Shown piece after piece: positions 22,518 through 32,059 of a stretch of DNA of 64,000 nt. This DNA is from an uncultured Planctomycetaceae bacterium (lineage in GTDB: Bacteria > Planctomycetota > Planctomycetia > Pirellulales > PALSA-1355), in the NCBI GenBank assembly GCA_963785305.1, contig CAWAUV010000007.1, forward strand, positions 1,792,001-1,856,000, read 5' to 3'. Position 1 is the first letter of the stretch. Each line of letters starts with the position of its first letter. The translations under genes and the position numbers were made by a program. The notes under the pieces are model-generated. The model was not told the DNA's origin, did no database searches, and worked only from the letters and a program-made list of their open reading frames with translations.

Positions 22518-23890
22518 ATGGGCATGAGTACTACCAACGTTCCGGGGCCGTCCGAAGTGACCGACGCCATGCCCCTGCGCGATTTTCACCGCCGCATCTA
22601 CCAGCCGATGCGCATGGCCGATTCCTCTGTTCGCGGCATCCAAATGCACACCGACTGCCACAGCCTTTACTCGAAGTTTCTCGGCCACCCGGCCACGCTG
22701 GCCGACTTGACCGAAAGCCAGCTCTCGGCATGGATGCGTGAAATGCTGGGCCGGGGCTTGTCGCCATATACGTGCAACACCCGGCGCCGCATGATTCTCT
22801 CAATCTGCGCTACGCGGCGAGGAAGCGATACCCGATCCCGCCCGGCCAGAATCTCGACGACGTTGACCGCTTCAAGCTCCCTAAGCGTGTTCCGTGCGCC
22901 TGGACGATGCCCGAAATGGATCGGCTCATTGAAGCCTCGCGGCTCGAATCGGGCCGATACTTCGGAGTGGCTGCCGGCAAGTGGTGGCCGGCGCTGCTGC
23001 TCACCCTTTTCGATACCGGGCTTCGGCGGGCCGCGGCATTCGAGATTCGCTTCGAGGAAATCGACTTCACCAGCGGCTTTCTCCGCGTTCCGGCCGAGCG
23101 GATGAAGAACGACTGCGAGCAGTATTTCCGGCTACACCCGCAAACACTGGAAGCGATCTTGGAAACGCTCCCGCCCCGCCGGGCGAAAGTGTTCCCCTGG
23201 CCCTTCAAGCATCGCGACTGCCACGGCGATCGCTTGCGCGGAATTCTCAAGCGGGCTGGGCTGCCGCATTCACGGCTCGACCTGTTCCACAAGATTAGGC
23301 GAACCACGGCGAGCCACTTGGCCAAAATGATCGGCCGGACCGCCGCGATTCGGCAGCTTGGCCACAAGGACGATACCACGATCAATCGCTACATCGATCC
23401 GCGATTCACGGCGGATCACGACCTTTCGAGCCACCTGCCCCGGCCCGACTGGAAGGAACCGGCCAGGATCGAGATCGAAGTGACCGGGCCGGCGCCATCG
23501 GCTGACGCGCTCGAGTCGAGAAAGCTGGTCGTGAACTCGCTCGACGTAAGCGAGCTAGGCGTGGACCTGTTCGCCACGCTGGGCGAGAAAGAGCGGCTGA
23601 CGCCCGAGGATATCAAAGCCGCGATCAAGGCCCTTGGGCTCAATCATGTCGACTTGGCCCATGAAATCGGCATGTCAGTGCAATGGGTATGCACCGCGCT
23701 CTCTGGCCGCAAGCCGATGGGCGAGGCGATGGAAGAACGCATCCGCGTTGCCCTGGGGCTCACCTACGACCGCCCGAACGACCGCCGCAAGAAATGGGGC
23801 GCCACGCCCGCGACCGTCTTGATCCACGACAAGCCGATGCCCCGGCCACTCCGCGAACCAAACCCCGACCCGAAAGGAATCCAGCAATGA
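22518..23890 (+). CDS. Tyrosine recombinase with C-terminal XRE-type HTH (frameshift near 22795)
   Basis: AAGGAG RBS; DTGLR, RMKN, FHKIRR, LGH, NRY; C-terminal ALGLNHVDLAHEIGMSVQWVCTALSGRKP. Confidence 0.8.
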
Positions 23891-24282
23891 GCCGACGCCC
23901 GAAAAACCACGTTCTTCTAGTTCAGTGCGGCCCGTCGTTCCGCCCCGAGCGCATGCACGAAATGCCCGACGACAACCAGATTGAAGCGATGCGGTTTCTG
24001 ATCCGCCATGTGACCCGCACCGTGGCCGTGAACGCGGCAAGGGCCTACAACACGCGGCATCTAGTTTGCGGCCCCGAATTCGATGGCTCATGGGCGATGG
24101 TGGTCGTGTCGCTCCGCCGCCAGCGATCGTTACGGGGCAAGCCCGCGGCAATGACGATTCCGCCTTGCGAACGCCCCCGGCTGGCGAACGGATGCGCCGG
24201 CCTGGGGACTCTTTGGTGGCCGGCTATGCGAAAATCAACTGTCGGAAACGACAATTGCAAAACGCCAACACGGCTTGAATGA
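23887..24282 (+). CDS. Hypothetical protein
   Basis: AAGGA RBS; ATGA overlap with the recombinase stop. Confidence 0.5.
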   Translation: MSRRPKNHVLLVQCGPSFRPERMHEMPDDNQIEAMRFLIRHVTRTVAVNAARAYNTRHLVCGPEFDGSWAMVVVSLRRQRSLRGKPAAMTIPPCERPRLANGCAGLGTLWWPAMRKSTVGNDNCKTPTRLE

Positions 24283-24505
24283 AGTGCTCGCCGATGCGTT
24301 GCCGGCCGCAAGTTGGCGATATGCGACTGCGAGAATGCGCAGTCGATTCCAAAATCCGCAAGCGCCCGCCGGATGAGCATTTTTCACGCAAGCCGCTAAA
24401 ATGCCGTCTCACGCATCGAAGCGACAGGCGACCAAGGACACCGACCGCCCCGCCGGATCGCGGGAGAAGCGAAGCCAGAAGGCCGATTTTCACAAGGGGG
24501 AAGCA

Positions 24506-25606
24506 ATGAACGCCTGGATATTCCAAGACGCCAAGCAAAAGGCCAAGCTGGGCGATAAATGCCCCTGGTCGGTCGGATACTACGATCCTGATGGCAAGCG
24601 GCGAGGGAAACGGATCGGCTCGAAGAGCGCCGCCGAGAAGTTCGCCCGCAAGACCGAAGGCCAGCTCGCGGCGGGAACCTTTCAGAGCACGGCACGCATG
24701 AGCTGGGGCGACTTCCGCAAAGAGTACCTCGAGCGCGGATTGGCTGGCGCGTCGCCCGGAACGCGGGACGTAAGCGAGCGAGCAATCAAGCATTTCGAGC
24801 GGATCATCAAGCCGGCTTTCGTCGGAGCAATCAAGAGCAAGACTTTCGCCGAGTATGTGGCAAAGCGCCAGGGTGAATCGAGCCGGCCGGGCGCCTCGCC
24901 CGTGTCAGTCGCCACCATCAACAAAGAATTGCGGCACCTGCGGGCGGTCGTCCGTAAAGCGAACCGCTGGGGATATTTGCCGATCATCCCCGCCATCGAT
25001 TTTTTGCGGGAACCCGGGAAGCTTGCCACCTACATCACGCCCGAGCACTTCGCCCGAATTTACGAGCACTGCGACGCCGCGAGCGGCCCGAGCAGTCAAT
25101 CATTCGACCCGGCGGACTGGTGGCGGGCTTTGCTCGTGATGGCGTACATGACCGGATGGCGGATCGGTTCGCTGCTAGCGCTGCGCCGCGAGGACGTGGA
25201 TATGGAAAACGGCTTCGCGTTGAGCCGCGCCGAGGATAACAAGGGCAAGCGTGACCAGCGAATTCCGCTCCATCCGCTCGTGGTCGAGCACTTGCGGGAA
25301 ATACCCGGCTTCTCGCCGCTCGTGTTCTCGTTCACTGGCGCCCGTCGAGGGCTATACGGCGAATTCCGGGCGATACAGGAAGCCGCCGGAGTGAGGCCAG
25401 AGGGCTCGAAGCCTCGCTATGGCTTCCACGACTTCCGCCGGGCATTCGCGACCATGAACGCCGACCGCTTGTCCGCCGACGCTCTGCAATCCCTCATGCA
25501 GCACCGGGCTTACCAGACCACGCAAAAGTACATCAACATGGCCCGGCAATTGAATCCGGCCGTTCAGAACCTCTTTGTTCCGAAGCTAGGCAACGCGAAA
25601 GCCTGA
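24506..25606 (+). CDS. Phage-type tyrosine integrase
   Basis: N-terminal arm-like domain (WSVGYYDPDGKRR), TINKELRHL, MTGWR, NKGK, FHDFRR, MQH, QKY; adjacent to tRNA 3' end. Confidence 0.92.
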   Translation: MNAWIFQDAKQKAKLGDKCPWSVGYYDPDGKRRGKRIGSKSAAEKFARKTEGQLAAGTFQSTARMSWGDFRKEYLERGLAGASPGTRDVSERAIKHFERIIKPAFVGAIKSKTFAEYVAKRQGESSRPGASPVSVATINKELRHLRAVVRKANRWGYLPIIPAIDFLREPGKLATYITPEHFARIYEHCDAASGPSSQSFDPADWWRALLVMAYMTGWRIGSLLALRREDVDMENGFALSRAEDNKGKRDQRIPLHPLVVEHLREIPGFSPLVFSFTGARRGLYGEFRAIQEAAGVRPEGSKPRYGFHDFRRAFATMNADRLSADALQSLMQHRAYQTTQKYINMARQLNPAVQNLFVPKLGNAKA

Positions 25607-25625
25607 CCTTCCGCCCGATTCGTCA

Positions 25626-25646
25626 TTGGAAGGTTTTTGGAAGGTT
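25626..25646 (+). promoter_or_regulatory. Probable integrase arm-type sites TTGGAAGGTT x2 (11-bp period)
   Basis: 25626-35 and 25637-46, plus inverted ACCTTCC at 25606-12, between the int stop and the tRNA. Confidence 0.55.
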
Positions 25647-25684
25647 GTCGGTATGATCGGTCCTGCCGATTCGTCGTAACTCAA

Positions 25685-25770
25685 TAGCCGAGGCGGGGAT
25701 CGAACCCGCACGGGGGTTTCCCCCCACGGGATTTTAAGTCCCGAGCGTCTGCCTATTCCGCCACTCGGCC
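25685..25770 (-). tRNA. tRNA-Leu (TAA), CCA not encoded
   Basis: GGCCGAG/CTCGGCT acceptor stem, GGGA-CTTAAAA-TCCC anticodon arm, long variable arm, GGTTCGATCC T-arm. Confidence 0.95.
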
Positions 25771-25793
25771 TTTTAGTGTCATTGGGCGCTGAT

Positions 25794-25870
25794 AGCCTAT
25801 CCGAGAACTTCGGCGAGCCCTGATCCTACCCTCTCTCCCAAAGGGAGAGGTGGGAGCCGTCGGATAGGCT
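25794..25870 (+). repeat. ~80-bp REP/MITE-like element (AGCCTATCCGA...TCGGATAGGCT), copy A
   Basis: Terminal IRs and internal CTCTCCC..GGGAGAG hairpin. Confidence 0.85.
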
Positions 25871-25976
25871 CTTGAAAAGGGACAACCACCGGGCGCTTTC
25901 GGCGCGGTCAGGGGATGTCTCCACAACGCGCGGCAAGTATCTCCGTTTTTTCGCCGAAGTTGGTCTCGTCAAAACG

Positions 25977-26519
25977 TCAAGCCGACAAGGGCGCTGCTTT
26001 GGGAAAGTCGATGGTCGTGCCGGCGACGTTGTTGAAATAATTCGTGAAGATATTCAACGCGACGTGGGCGACGACCTCGGCGATTTCGGCGTCCCCGTAG
26101 CCGGCGTCTCGGACCGCGGCGATGTCGGCGTCTTCGACGATGCCCCGTTTTTGCACGATAATCCGAGCGAACCTTAGGAGCGCGTCCGTCTTCGGGTCGG
26201 AAGACGATCCTCGCCGGCTGTCGATGAGTTCCTGGTCGGTCAATCCGGCCCGTTTACCGATGGCGCTATGGGCCGACACGCAGTAGTCACAGTGGTTGAC
26301 CTCGCCCACATCCAGGGCGAGTTGTTCCCTCGCTTTCGCGGGAAGGACACCGTGGCCGAGCGACCCACTGAAACCTAAGTAAGCCTCGAGCACGGATGGC
26401 GAAACAGCCATCGCGCGGGTCATGTTCGGCACGAGGCCCAACTTGGCCTTCACGGCGTCGAGCAGTTCCTTGGCTTTACCCCGAGCTTCTTGTGGTTCAA
26501 CGGCATGAACGCGTGGCAT
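25977..26519 (-). CDS. Carboxymuconolactone decarboxylase / AhpD-like protein
   Basis: LGLVPNM, NHCDYCVSAH, NIFTNYFN..IDFP. Confidence 0.9.
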   Translation of the reverse strand: MPRVHAVEPQEARGKAKELLDAVKAKLGLVPNMTRAMAVSPSVLEAYLGFSGSLGHGVLPAKAREQLALDVGEVNHCDYCVSAHSAIGKRAGLTDQELIDSRRGSSSDPKTDALLRFARIIVQKRGIVEDADIAAVRDAGYGDAEIAEVVAHVALNIFTNYFNNVAGTTIDFPKAAPLSA

Positions 26520-26543
26520 GATTTTCTCTCCTGTCATTAAAGT

Positions 26544-26620
26544 GCCTATTCGAGAACCTCGGCGAACCCTCACCATACCATAACAACACCCTCTCCCAGG
26601 GGGAGAGAGGGGAGGTGTGG
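26544..26620 (+). repeat. Degenerate copy D of the ~80-bp element
   Basis: GCCTATTCGAGAACCTCGGCGAACCCTCAC..CCCTCTCCCAGGGGGAGAG. Confidence 0.7.
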
Positions 26621-26698
26621 GCGACGCTTGATTTGGCCCGGGGCCCTCTCCCGTCGATGCCGGGTCGTTGGGCGGCGACTCCCATCGTGTTCATCGCT

Positions 26699-27944
26699 TC
26701 ATTTGATTGCCCCGGCGACATAGGGCTTGACCTCGACCACGGCGCCCGGGCGCACTCGCTGCATGCCGGTGACGACCACGCGCTCTCCGGCGCAAGCTCG
26801 GCTCGCCATGTTCACTGGATTTCGCGGGCCGGGGACCGTCTTTCTCCGCCACGATCTCGATCGGCGTGACCAACTGCAAACCATCGGGCTGCACCGGGCC
26901 CGCTTCGATCGGCCGATACTCCACCACGTTTTTGTCGTTGACCACGAGCAAGAACTTCCGTGACTGATCGGCGGCGATCGACGATTGGGGAACCACCAGC
27001 CCCGGCCGCGTGTCGCCCAGCGCCACGCGCACTCGCAGAAACAAGCCCGGCGTGAACAAGCGCGGGCCCCCGCCGGGCGGAGCGGGATTCGCGAGCACGG
27101 CCCGCACTTGCAGGGTTCCGGTCGAGGCGCTCACGCTGTTGTTCGTGAAATCGACCGAGCCTTCGTGGGGAAACTCGTCTTTTTCGTTGGCAAGTCCAAA
27201 CCGCACTTGCATGCTGGCCTCCCCCTTGCCGTCGGTCTTGGCTTCGCGCGCCAACTGCTGCAAGCGGAGCATGGTGCGTTCGTCGATGTCGAAATAGGCA
27301 AACATCGGATCTTCGGAGACGATCGTGGTGAGCAGTGTGAAGTCTTGCATCACGAGGTTGCCGACCGTGAGCAGGTTGCGGCCCGCGCGGCCGGCGATCA
27401 GGGCGCGGACATCGGTGTAGCCCAGGTTGAGCTTGGCCGAGGCGATCGAGGCTTCGGCCGAAAGGATCTGCGCGTCGGCTTCGCCCAGGTCGGCGAAATA
27501 GCGGTCGGCTTCTTGTTTGCTGATCGCGCCGCTCGACAGATTGTTGGCCCGGGCCACGTTGGCTTCGGCCAGCTTTCGTCGGGCCTTGACTTGCAGAAGC
27601 TGCGCTTGGGCCCGCTGCATTTCGGTTTGATAGGTGGCCGGATCGATCTTGAAGAGCAGATCGCCCGCCTTCACATCGTCGCCCGGCTTGAAGCACACCT
27701 GGGTCAAATAGCCGGACACGCGAGCCCGAATATCGACCCGCTCGATCGCTTCGGTGCGTCCTGTGAAGTAGTCGTAGTCGACGGTGTCGGCCAGTTTGGC
27801 TTCGACCACGCGCACGACGGGCGTGGTGGGGGCCATGGCTCCGGGCGGGGGCGGCGAGCAGCCGCCCAGCGGCGCCAGCGCCCCGGCGCCGAGGCAAGCA
27901 ATCGCAATCGCTCCGCTCAAACCAGCCCAGTCGCTCCGCTCCAT
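26699..27944 (-). CDS. RND efflux periplasmic adaptor (MFP) lipoprotein; frameshift near 26780
   Basis: LGGC lipobox, FTGRTEAIERVDIRARVSGYL, LNLGYTDVRA, TGTLQVRA. Confidence 0.9.
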
Positions 27945-27998
27945 CTCGCTCCCTCGTGGCCTCGCTCGACGCGTCGCCCGGTGACTGGCCACATTAAC

Positions 27999-28079
27999 AG
28001 CCTATCCGACTATCCGAGAACTTCGGCGAGCCCTCACTCTATCCTCTCCCAAGGGGAGAGGGGAGGTGTCGGATAGGCT
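27999..28079 (+). repeat. Copy B of the ~80-bp element
   Basis: AGCCTATCCGACTATCCGAGAACTTCGGCGAGCCCT...TCGGATAGGCT. Confidence 0.85.
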
Positions 28080-28376
28080 CCAAAAAAGGCGAACGGCCAA
28101 CACGCCTTCTGAACTTCCGCCGCCCGGCGCCGCTCCCCTTCAAAGAAAGGCCGGGCTGCTCGCACGGTCGTCGAAAAGTCTGGCGGCGTTGCAATGTTAG
28201 CGGAACCCCTTGCCCTGTCAATGCGCCCAAGGGCGGGGGCAACTCGCCGTAAAGGGGCATGATCGCCGCCCATCTCGGTGGTCAATCTGGTTTCTGGATA
28301 AAAGGTTTGTCTGGCGCCCGCGCAACATTGACAAGCATTTGGCATGCGAACATCGCACCGATTAAAATCGCTTTCC

Positions 28377-28841
28377 ATGGCGACCATTGAACCAGCCACT
28401 TCCGATGATATTCCGCAGCTTTGCGCGCTGCTCGAAACTCTGTTCGCCCAGGAGGCCGAGTTCACGCCCGATCGCGCGAAGCAGGAGCGCGGGCTGCGGC
28501 TGATTTTGGCTTCGCCCGAACTCGGCGTCGTGCTGGTCGCCCGCGACGAGAATGAAGCGAGCGGCCAGCAAGTGGTTGGCATGGTCGGGCTGCTGTTTAC
28601 CATCAGCACCGCCGAGGGGGGACGGGCGGCTTGGCTCGAAGACATGGTGGTTCGCCCCGACCGTCGCGGCGCCGGCATTGGCTCGCGGCTTCTCGGGGCC
28701 GCGATCGACCTAGCCCGCCGTGAGAATTTGGTGCGCATCTCGCTACTGACCGATGGGCACAACCCCGGCGCCATGCGGTTTTACGAGCGGGCGGGCTTCA
28801 CCATCTCCGAGATGACGACGCTCCGATTGCAACTGAAATAA
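28377..28841 (+). CDS. GNAT family N-acetyltransferase
   Basis: LEDMVVRPDRRGAGIGSRLL, NPGAMRFYERAGF. Confidence 0.9.
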   Translation: MATIEPATSDDIPQLCALLETLFAQEAEFTPDRAKQERGLRLILASPELGVVLVARDENEASGQQVVGMVGLLFTISTAEGGRAAWLEDMVVRPDRRGAGIGSRLLGAAIDLARRENLVRISLLTDGHNPGAMRFYERAGFTISEMTTLRLQLK

Positions 28842-29039
28842 TCGCTCGACTGCGCGACCGCCCCGGCTGGGGGCGTCGCAAGATGCGACGCGAGTTGTAA
28901 TCACCGGCGAGCAGACATAGTATGGAAATGATTCGCCTCGCCGCCGCGAGCGACGCCCCCCGCACAACGTAGTCGGGGTCCCGATCGATCAGCGACTCGC
29001 GGTCAAGATAAAATACCAAAAAACGGAAACCCGGTACCT

Positions 29040-31088
29040 ATGGATGGCAAAAAAGAACCGCCGCGCAAGGCGAGCGAGAAGAAGAACCCGATGCCGTGGA
29101 ACAATGTCATCGTGATGTTGCTCGGCCTCGGAGTGCTGATTCTTTGCGCCGTGCGTTTCTTGGCGCCGAGCACCTTGGTGACCATTCCTTACAGCGATCT
29201 CGTGAAGCTCATCAAGGAGCCGATCAATCCGCTCCCGGGCCAAGAGCACGGAGTCGTGATTTACGATCACAAGAACCGGCCGTTTCGCGTGTCGAATCTC
29301 GGCGATCTGAAGCTGAGCTCGTTCGAGGTCGAAGGCAAGGTGACCCGGGTGGAGCTCGATGGCGCGGGCGACGCGATCGGCGATCCGGAAAAAAACATCG
29401 CCTTCCATACCAATAAGACCGACCGCGATGAACTGCTCCCCCGTATTTTGGAAGAAAGCGGCCGCCGGTTCGAGATCACCGAAGGGCCCAATGCCTGGTG
29501 GACCTATATGCAGTTGCCGGCGCTCTTGGCGATCACGATCGGAGCGCTATTTCTCATGATGCGCCGACTGGGCGGCGCCGGCTCGCCGATGGCTTTCGGC
29601 CGCAGCCGCGGCAAGATGTACGCCCAAGAAGACCTCGGCGTCACGTTCGACGACGTGGCCGGCATCGACGAAGCCGTCGAGGAGCTCCGCGAAGTGGTCG
29701 AGTTTCTTCGCACGCCCGAAAAATACCAAGTCCTGGGCGGGCGGATTCCCAAGGGCATTCTGCTGGTTGGGCCGCCGGGCACCGGCAAGACCCTGCTCGC
29801 CAAGGCAATCGCCGGCGAGGCGGGAGTGCCGTTTTTTAGTCTTTCCGGCTCCGACTTCGTGGAAATGTTCGTCGGCGTCGGCGCCGCGCGGGTGCGCGAC
29901 ATGTTTCAACTGGCGGAGGCCAAGGCGCCCTGCATTATTTTCATCGACGAGCTCGACGCCCTCGGCAAGACGCGCGGCTCGAGCGTCGTGGGAGGGCACG
30001 ACGAACGCGAGCAAACCCTCAACGCCCTGCTCGTGGAAATGGACGGATTCGACTCGAACAACGGCGTGATCGTGCTCGCCGCGAGCAATCGTCCCGAGAC
30101 GCTCGACCCCGCGCTCCTGCGGCCGGGGCGGTTCGATCGCCATGTGCTCGTCGACCGGCCCGATGTACGCGGCCGCGAGCAGATTCTCAATGTGCATGTG
30201 CAACATGTGAAGCTCGATGAATCGGTCAAGCTCAGAGACGTGGCCGGCATCACTAGCGGCTTCGTCGGCGCCGACTTGGCCAACCTTGTCAACGAAGCCG
30301 CGCTGCTCGCCGCCCGCAAAGGCAAGTCGGCGGTCGGCATCGAGGAGTTCAACGAAGGCGTCGAGCGCGTGACGGCCGGCCTGGAAAAGAAGCAGCGCAT
30401 TATCCACGAAGACGAAAAGCTGCGCGTCGCCTACCACGAAAGCGGCCATGCCCTCGTGGCCTACAGCCTGCCGAACACCGACCCGGTGCATAAGATTTCG
30501 ATCATTCCCCGCGGCCTCGCGGCGCTCGGTTACATGCTCCAGCGGCCCGAGGGCGATCGCTACCTGATGACGCAGGGCGAGCTCGAAAGTCGGGTGCAAG
30601 TGTTGCTGGCCGGCACCATGGCCGAGGAGCTGGCGTTTGACGATGTGTCGACCGGCGCCCAAAACGATCTCGAGCGCGCCAGCGAACTGGCCCGCAGCAT
30701 GGTGATGGACTACGGCATGAGCCGCCTGGGCCGGGTCAACTACCGCGAAAGCTCGCGGAGCGCGTTTCTGGCCGGCAGCGACGGGACGCGGGAACATTCG
30801 CACAGCGAACAGACGGCCCGCGAGATCGATCAAGAAGTGAAGCGGATCATCGACGAATCGCTGGATAAGGTGCGCAACATCCTGGAAAACCGCATGGCCT
30901 CGCTCAAGGCGATCAGCATGCGGCTGATCGAAAAAGAAGTGGTCGACGCCGAGGAGCTCAAGAAGCTGATCGAGGAAAACTCGCCCAGCCCGCTGCTAGC
31001 GCCAGGCACGTCGGCCGAGCGGAAGCGAGCCGGCGACGGGGCGATCGCTTGGCCGGCCAGGCCAGAAACCTCCGCCGAAGGCGGTTGA
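29040..31088 (+). CDS. ftsH: ATP-dependent zinc metalloprotease FtsH
   Basis: 2 [34 protein letters not shown]. Confidence 0.97.
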   Translation: MDGKKEPPRKASEKKNPMPWNNVIVMLLGLGVLILCAVRFLAPSTLVTIPYSDLVKLIKEPINPLPGQEHGVVIYDHKNRPFRVSNLGDLKLSSFEVEGKVTRVELDGAGDAIGDPEKNIAFHTNKTDRDELLPRILEESGRRFEITEGPNAWWTYMQLPALLAITIGALFLMMRRLGGAGSPMAFGRSRGKMYAQEDLGVTFDDVAGIDEAVEELREVVEFLRTPEKYQVLGGRIPKGILLVGPPGTGKTLLAKAIAGEAGVPFFSLSGSDFVEMFVGVGAARVRDMFQLAEAKAPCIIFIDELDALGKTRGSSVVGGHDEREQTLNALLVEMDGFDSNNGVIVLAASNRPETLDPALLRPGRFDRHVLVDRPDVRGREQILNVHVQHVKLDESVKLRDVAGITSGFVGADLANLVNEAALLAARKGKSAVGIEEFNEGVERVTAGLEKKQRIIHEDEKLRVAYHESGHALVAYSLPNTDPVHKISIIPRGLAALGYMLQRPEGDRYLMTQGELESRVQVLLAGTMAEELAFDDVSTGAQNDLERASELARSMVMDYGMSRLGRVNYRESSRSAFLAGSDGTREHSHSEQTAREIDQEVKRIIDESLDKVRNILENRMASLKAISMRLIEKEVVDAEELKKLIEENSPSPLLAPGTSAERKRAGDGAIAWPARPETSAEGG

Positions 31089-31171
31089 AGCCCGCGATCT
31101 TATTTTCACTCGTCGCTATTTGCCGCGGCTCGGGTTCGGGCCCTACAATGGCGCTTGGGAGGGCCTTGTCA

Positions 31172-31960
31172 ATGCGCCGTTTTTCGTTTGCCGTTTGTGC
31201 TTTGCTGGTTTGGGGCGCGACTTTCGCCCCGACTCGACTCGCGGCCCAATCGCCGCCGGGACCATCGGATAGCCTGCCCGGCGAACGAGCGTCGGGCCCC
31301 GCCGCCGCCAGAAGCCCAACGAGCGTCGCGCCGGCCGCGGGCGAGCGCGGTTCGATTCCCACCGATCCCACGGCGCTGCGAAGTTGGCTGCTCGCGCGGC
31401 TGATTGTCGATCGCAATCTAAACGGCGAGCAAGCCGCCGAACTCGAGCGAAAGCTCGCCAACGTCTCCGATGCCCAAGTCGATGTCGTGGCCCGGGTCTA
31501 TCGCGAAAAGCGCGAGCAACAAGCGGCGAGCGAAGCGAACCAATTGAACTTGGCCAAGGAGAATCTCGATCAGCTTAAGCATGTGCGCGACGCCGCGGCA
31601 AACGAGCTTACCTCCTGGCGCGATTACCGCGAGGCCCAGTATCAAAACTATCTCGGCGGGCCCGGCCAGAGCATCGCGCCCGCGAACACATTCGGCTATG
31701 CGGGCGCGGGTGGTTATGGCGCGGGTGGTTATGGCCCGGGCGGATATGGCGCGGGTGGATATGGTCCCTATTCCGCGGGCGGGTTTCCCTTTGGCAGCTA
31801 CCCGTTTGGCTATGGTTATGGCGTGGGCGTGTTTCCGAATTATGCGACGCCGTATCCGATTTCGCCCTATTATTCGGCCGGCTATCTGGCGCCGGTGGTC
31901 GGCGGGGCGTATCCATTGTACGGCGGAGTCGGCGTCGGAGTCGGCCTGGGGATTTATTAA
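31172..31960 (+). CDS. Secreted hypothetical protein with Gly/Tyr-rich C-terminus
   Basis: Signal peptide, helical middle, GGYG(A/P) repeats. Confidence 0.6.
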   Translation: MRRFSFAVCALLVWGATFAPTRLAAQSPPGPSDSLPGERASGPAAARSPTSVAPAAGERGSIPTDPTALRSWLLARLIVDRNLNGEQAAELERKLANVSDAQVDVVARVYREKREQQAASEANQLNLAKENLDQLKHVRDAAANELTSWRDYREAQYQNYLGGPGQSIAPANTFGYAGAGGYGAGGYGPGGYGAGGYGPYSAGGFPFGSYPFGYGYGVGVFPNYATPYPISPYYSAGYLAPVVGGAYPLYGGVGVGVGLGIY

Positions 31961-31961
31961 G

Positions 31962-32036
31962 AGCCTATCCGACAACTCTCCCCTCTCCCTTTGGGCGAGG
32001 GTAGGGCGAGGGCTCGCCGAAGTTCTCGGATAGGGT
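31962..32036 (-). repeat. Copy C (inverted) of the ~80-bp element
   Basis: AGCCTATCCGA...AGGGCTCGCCGAAGTTCTCGGATAGG. Confidence 0.85.
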
Positions 32037-32059
32037 GTAAACGACGGAGAACTTCCCGT

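Larger units (their letters stand above)
14950..25684 (+). mobile_element. Integrated phage-satellite-like / defective prophage island at the 3' end of tRNA-Leu
   Basis: Co-oriented small phage-type genes and tyrosine integrases next to the tRNA 3' end; left boundary approximate (AT-rich patch; no att duplicate found). Confidence 0.75.

Noticed and set aside
24460..24468. Third GCGGGAGAA identical to the IS target duplication
   Set aside because: No IR adjacent; a 9-mer match is plausible by chance in GC-rich DNA
22009..25606. RIT (recombinase-in-trio) element
   Set aside because: One member is truncated and apparently inactive, the genes are not three consecutive full-length ORFs, and no bounding inverted repeats were seen
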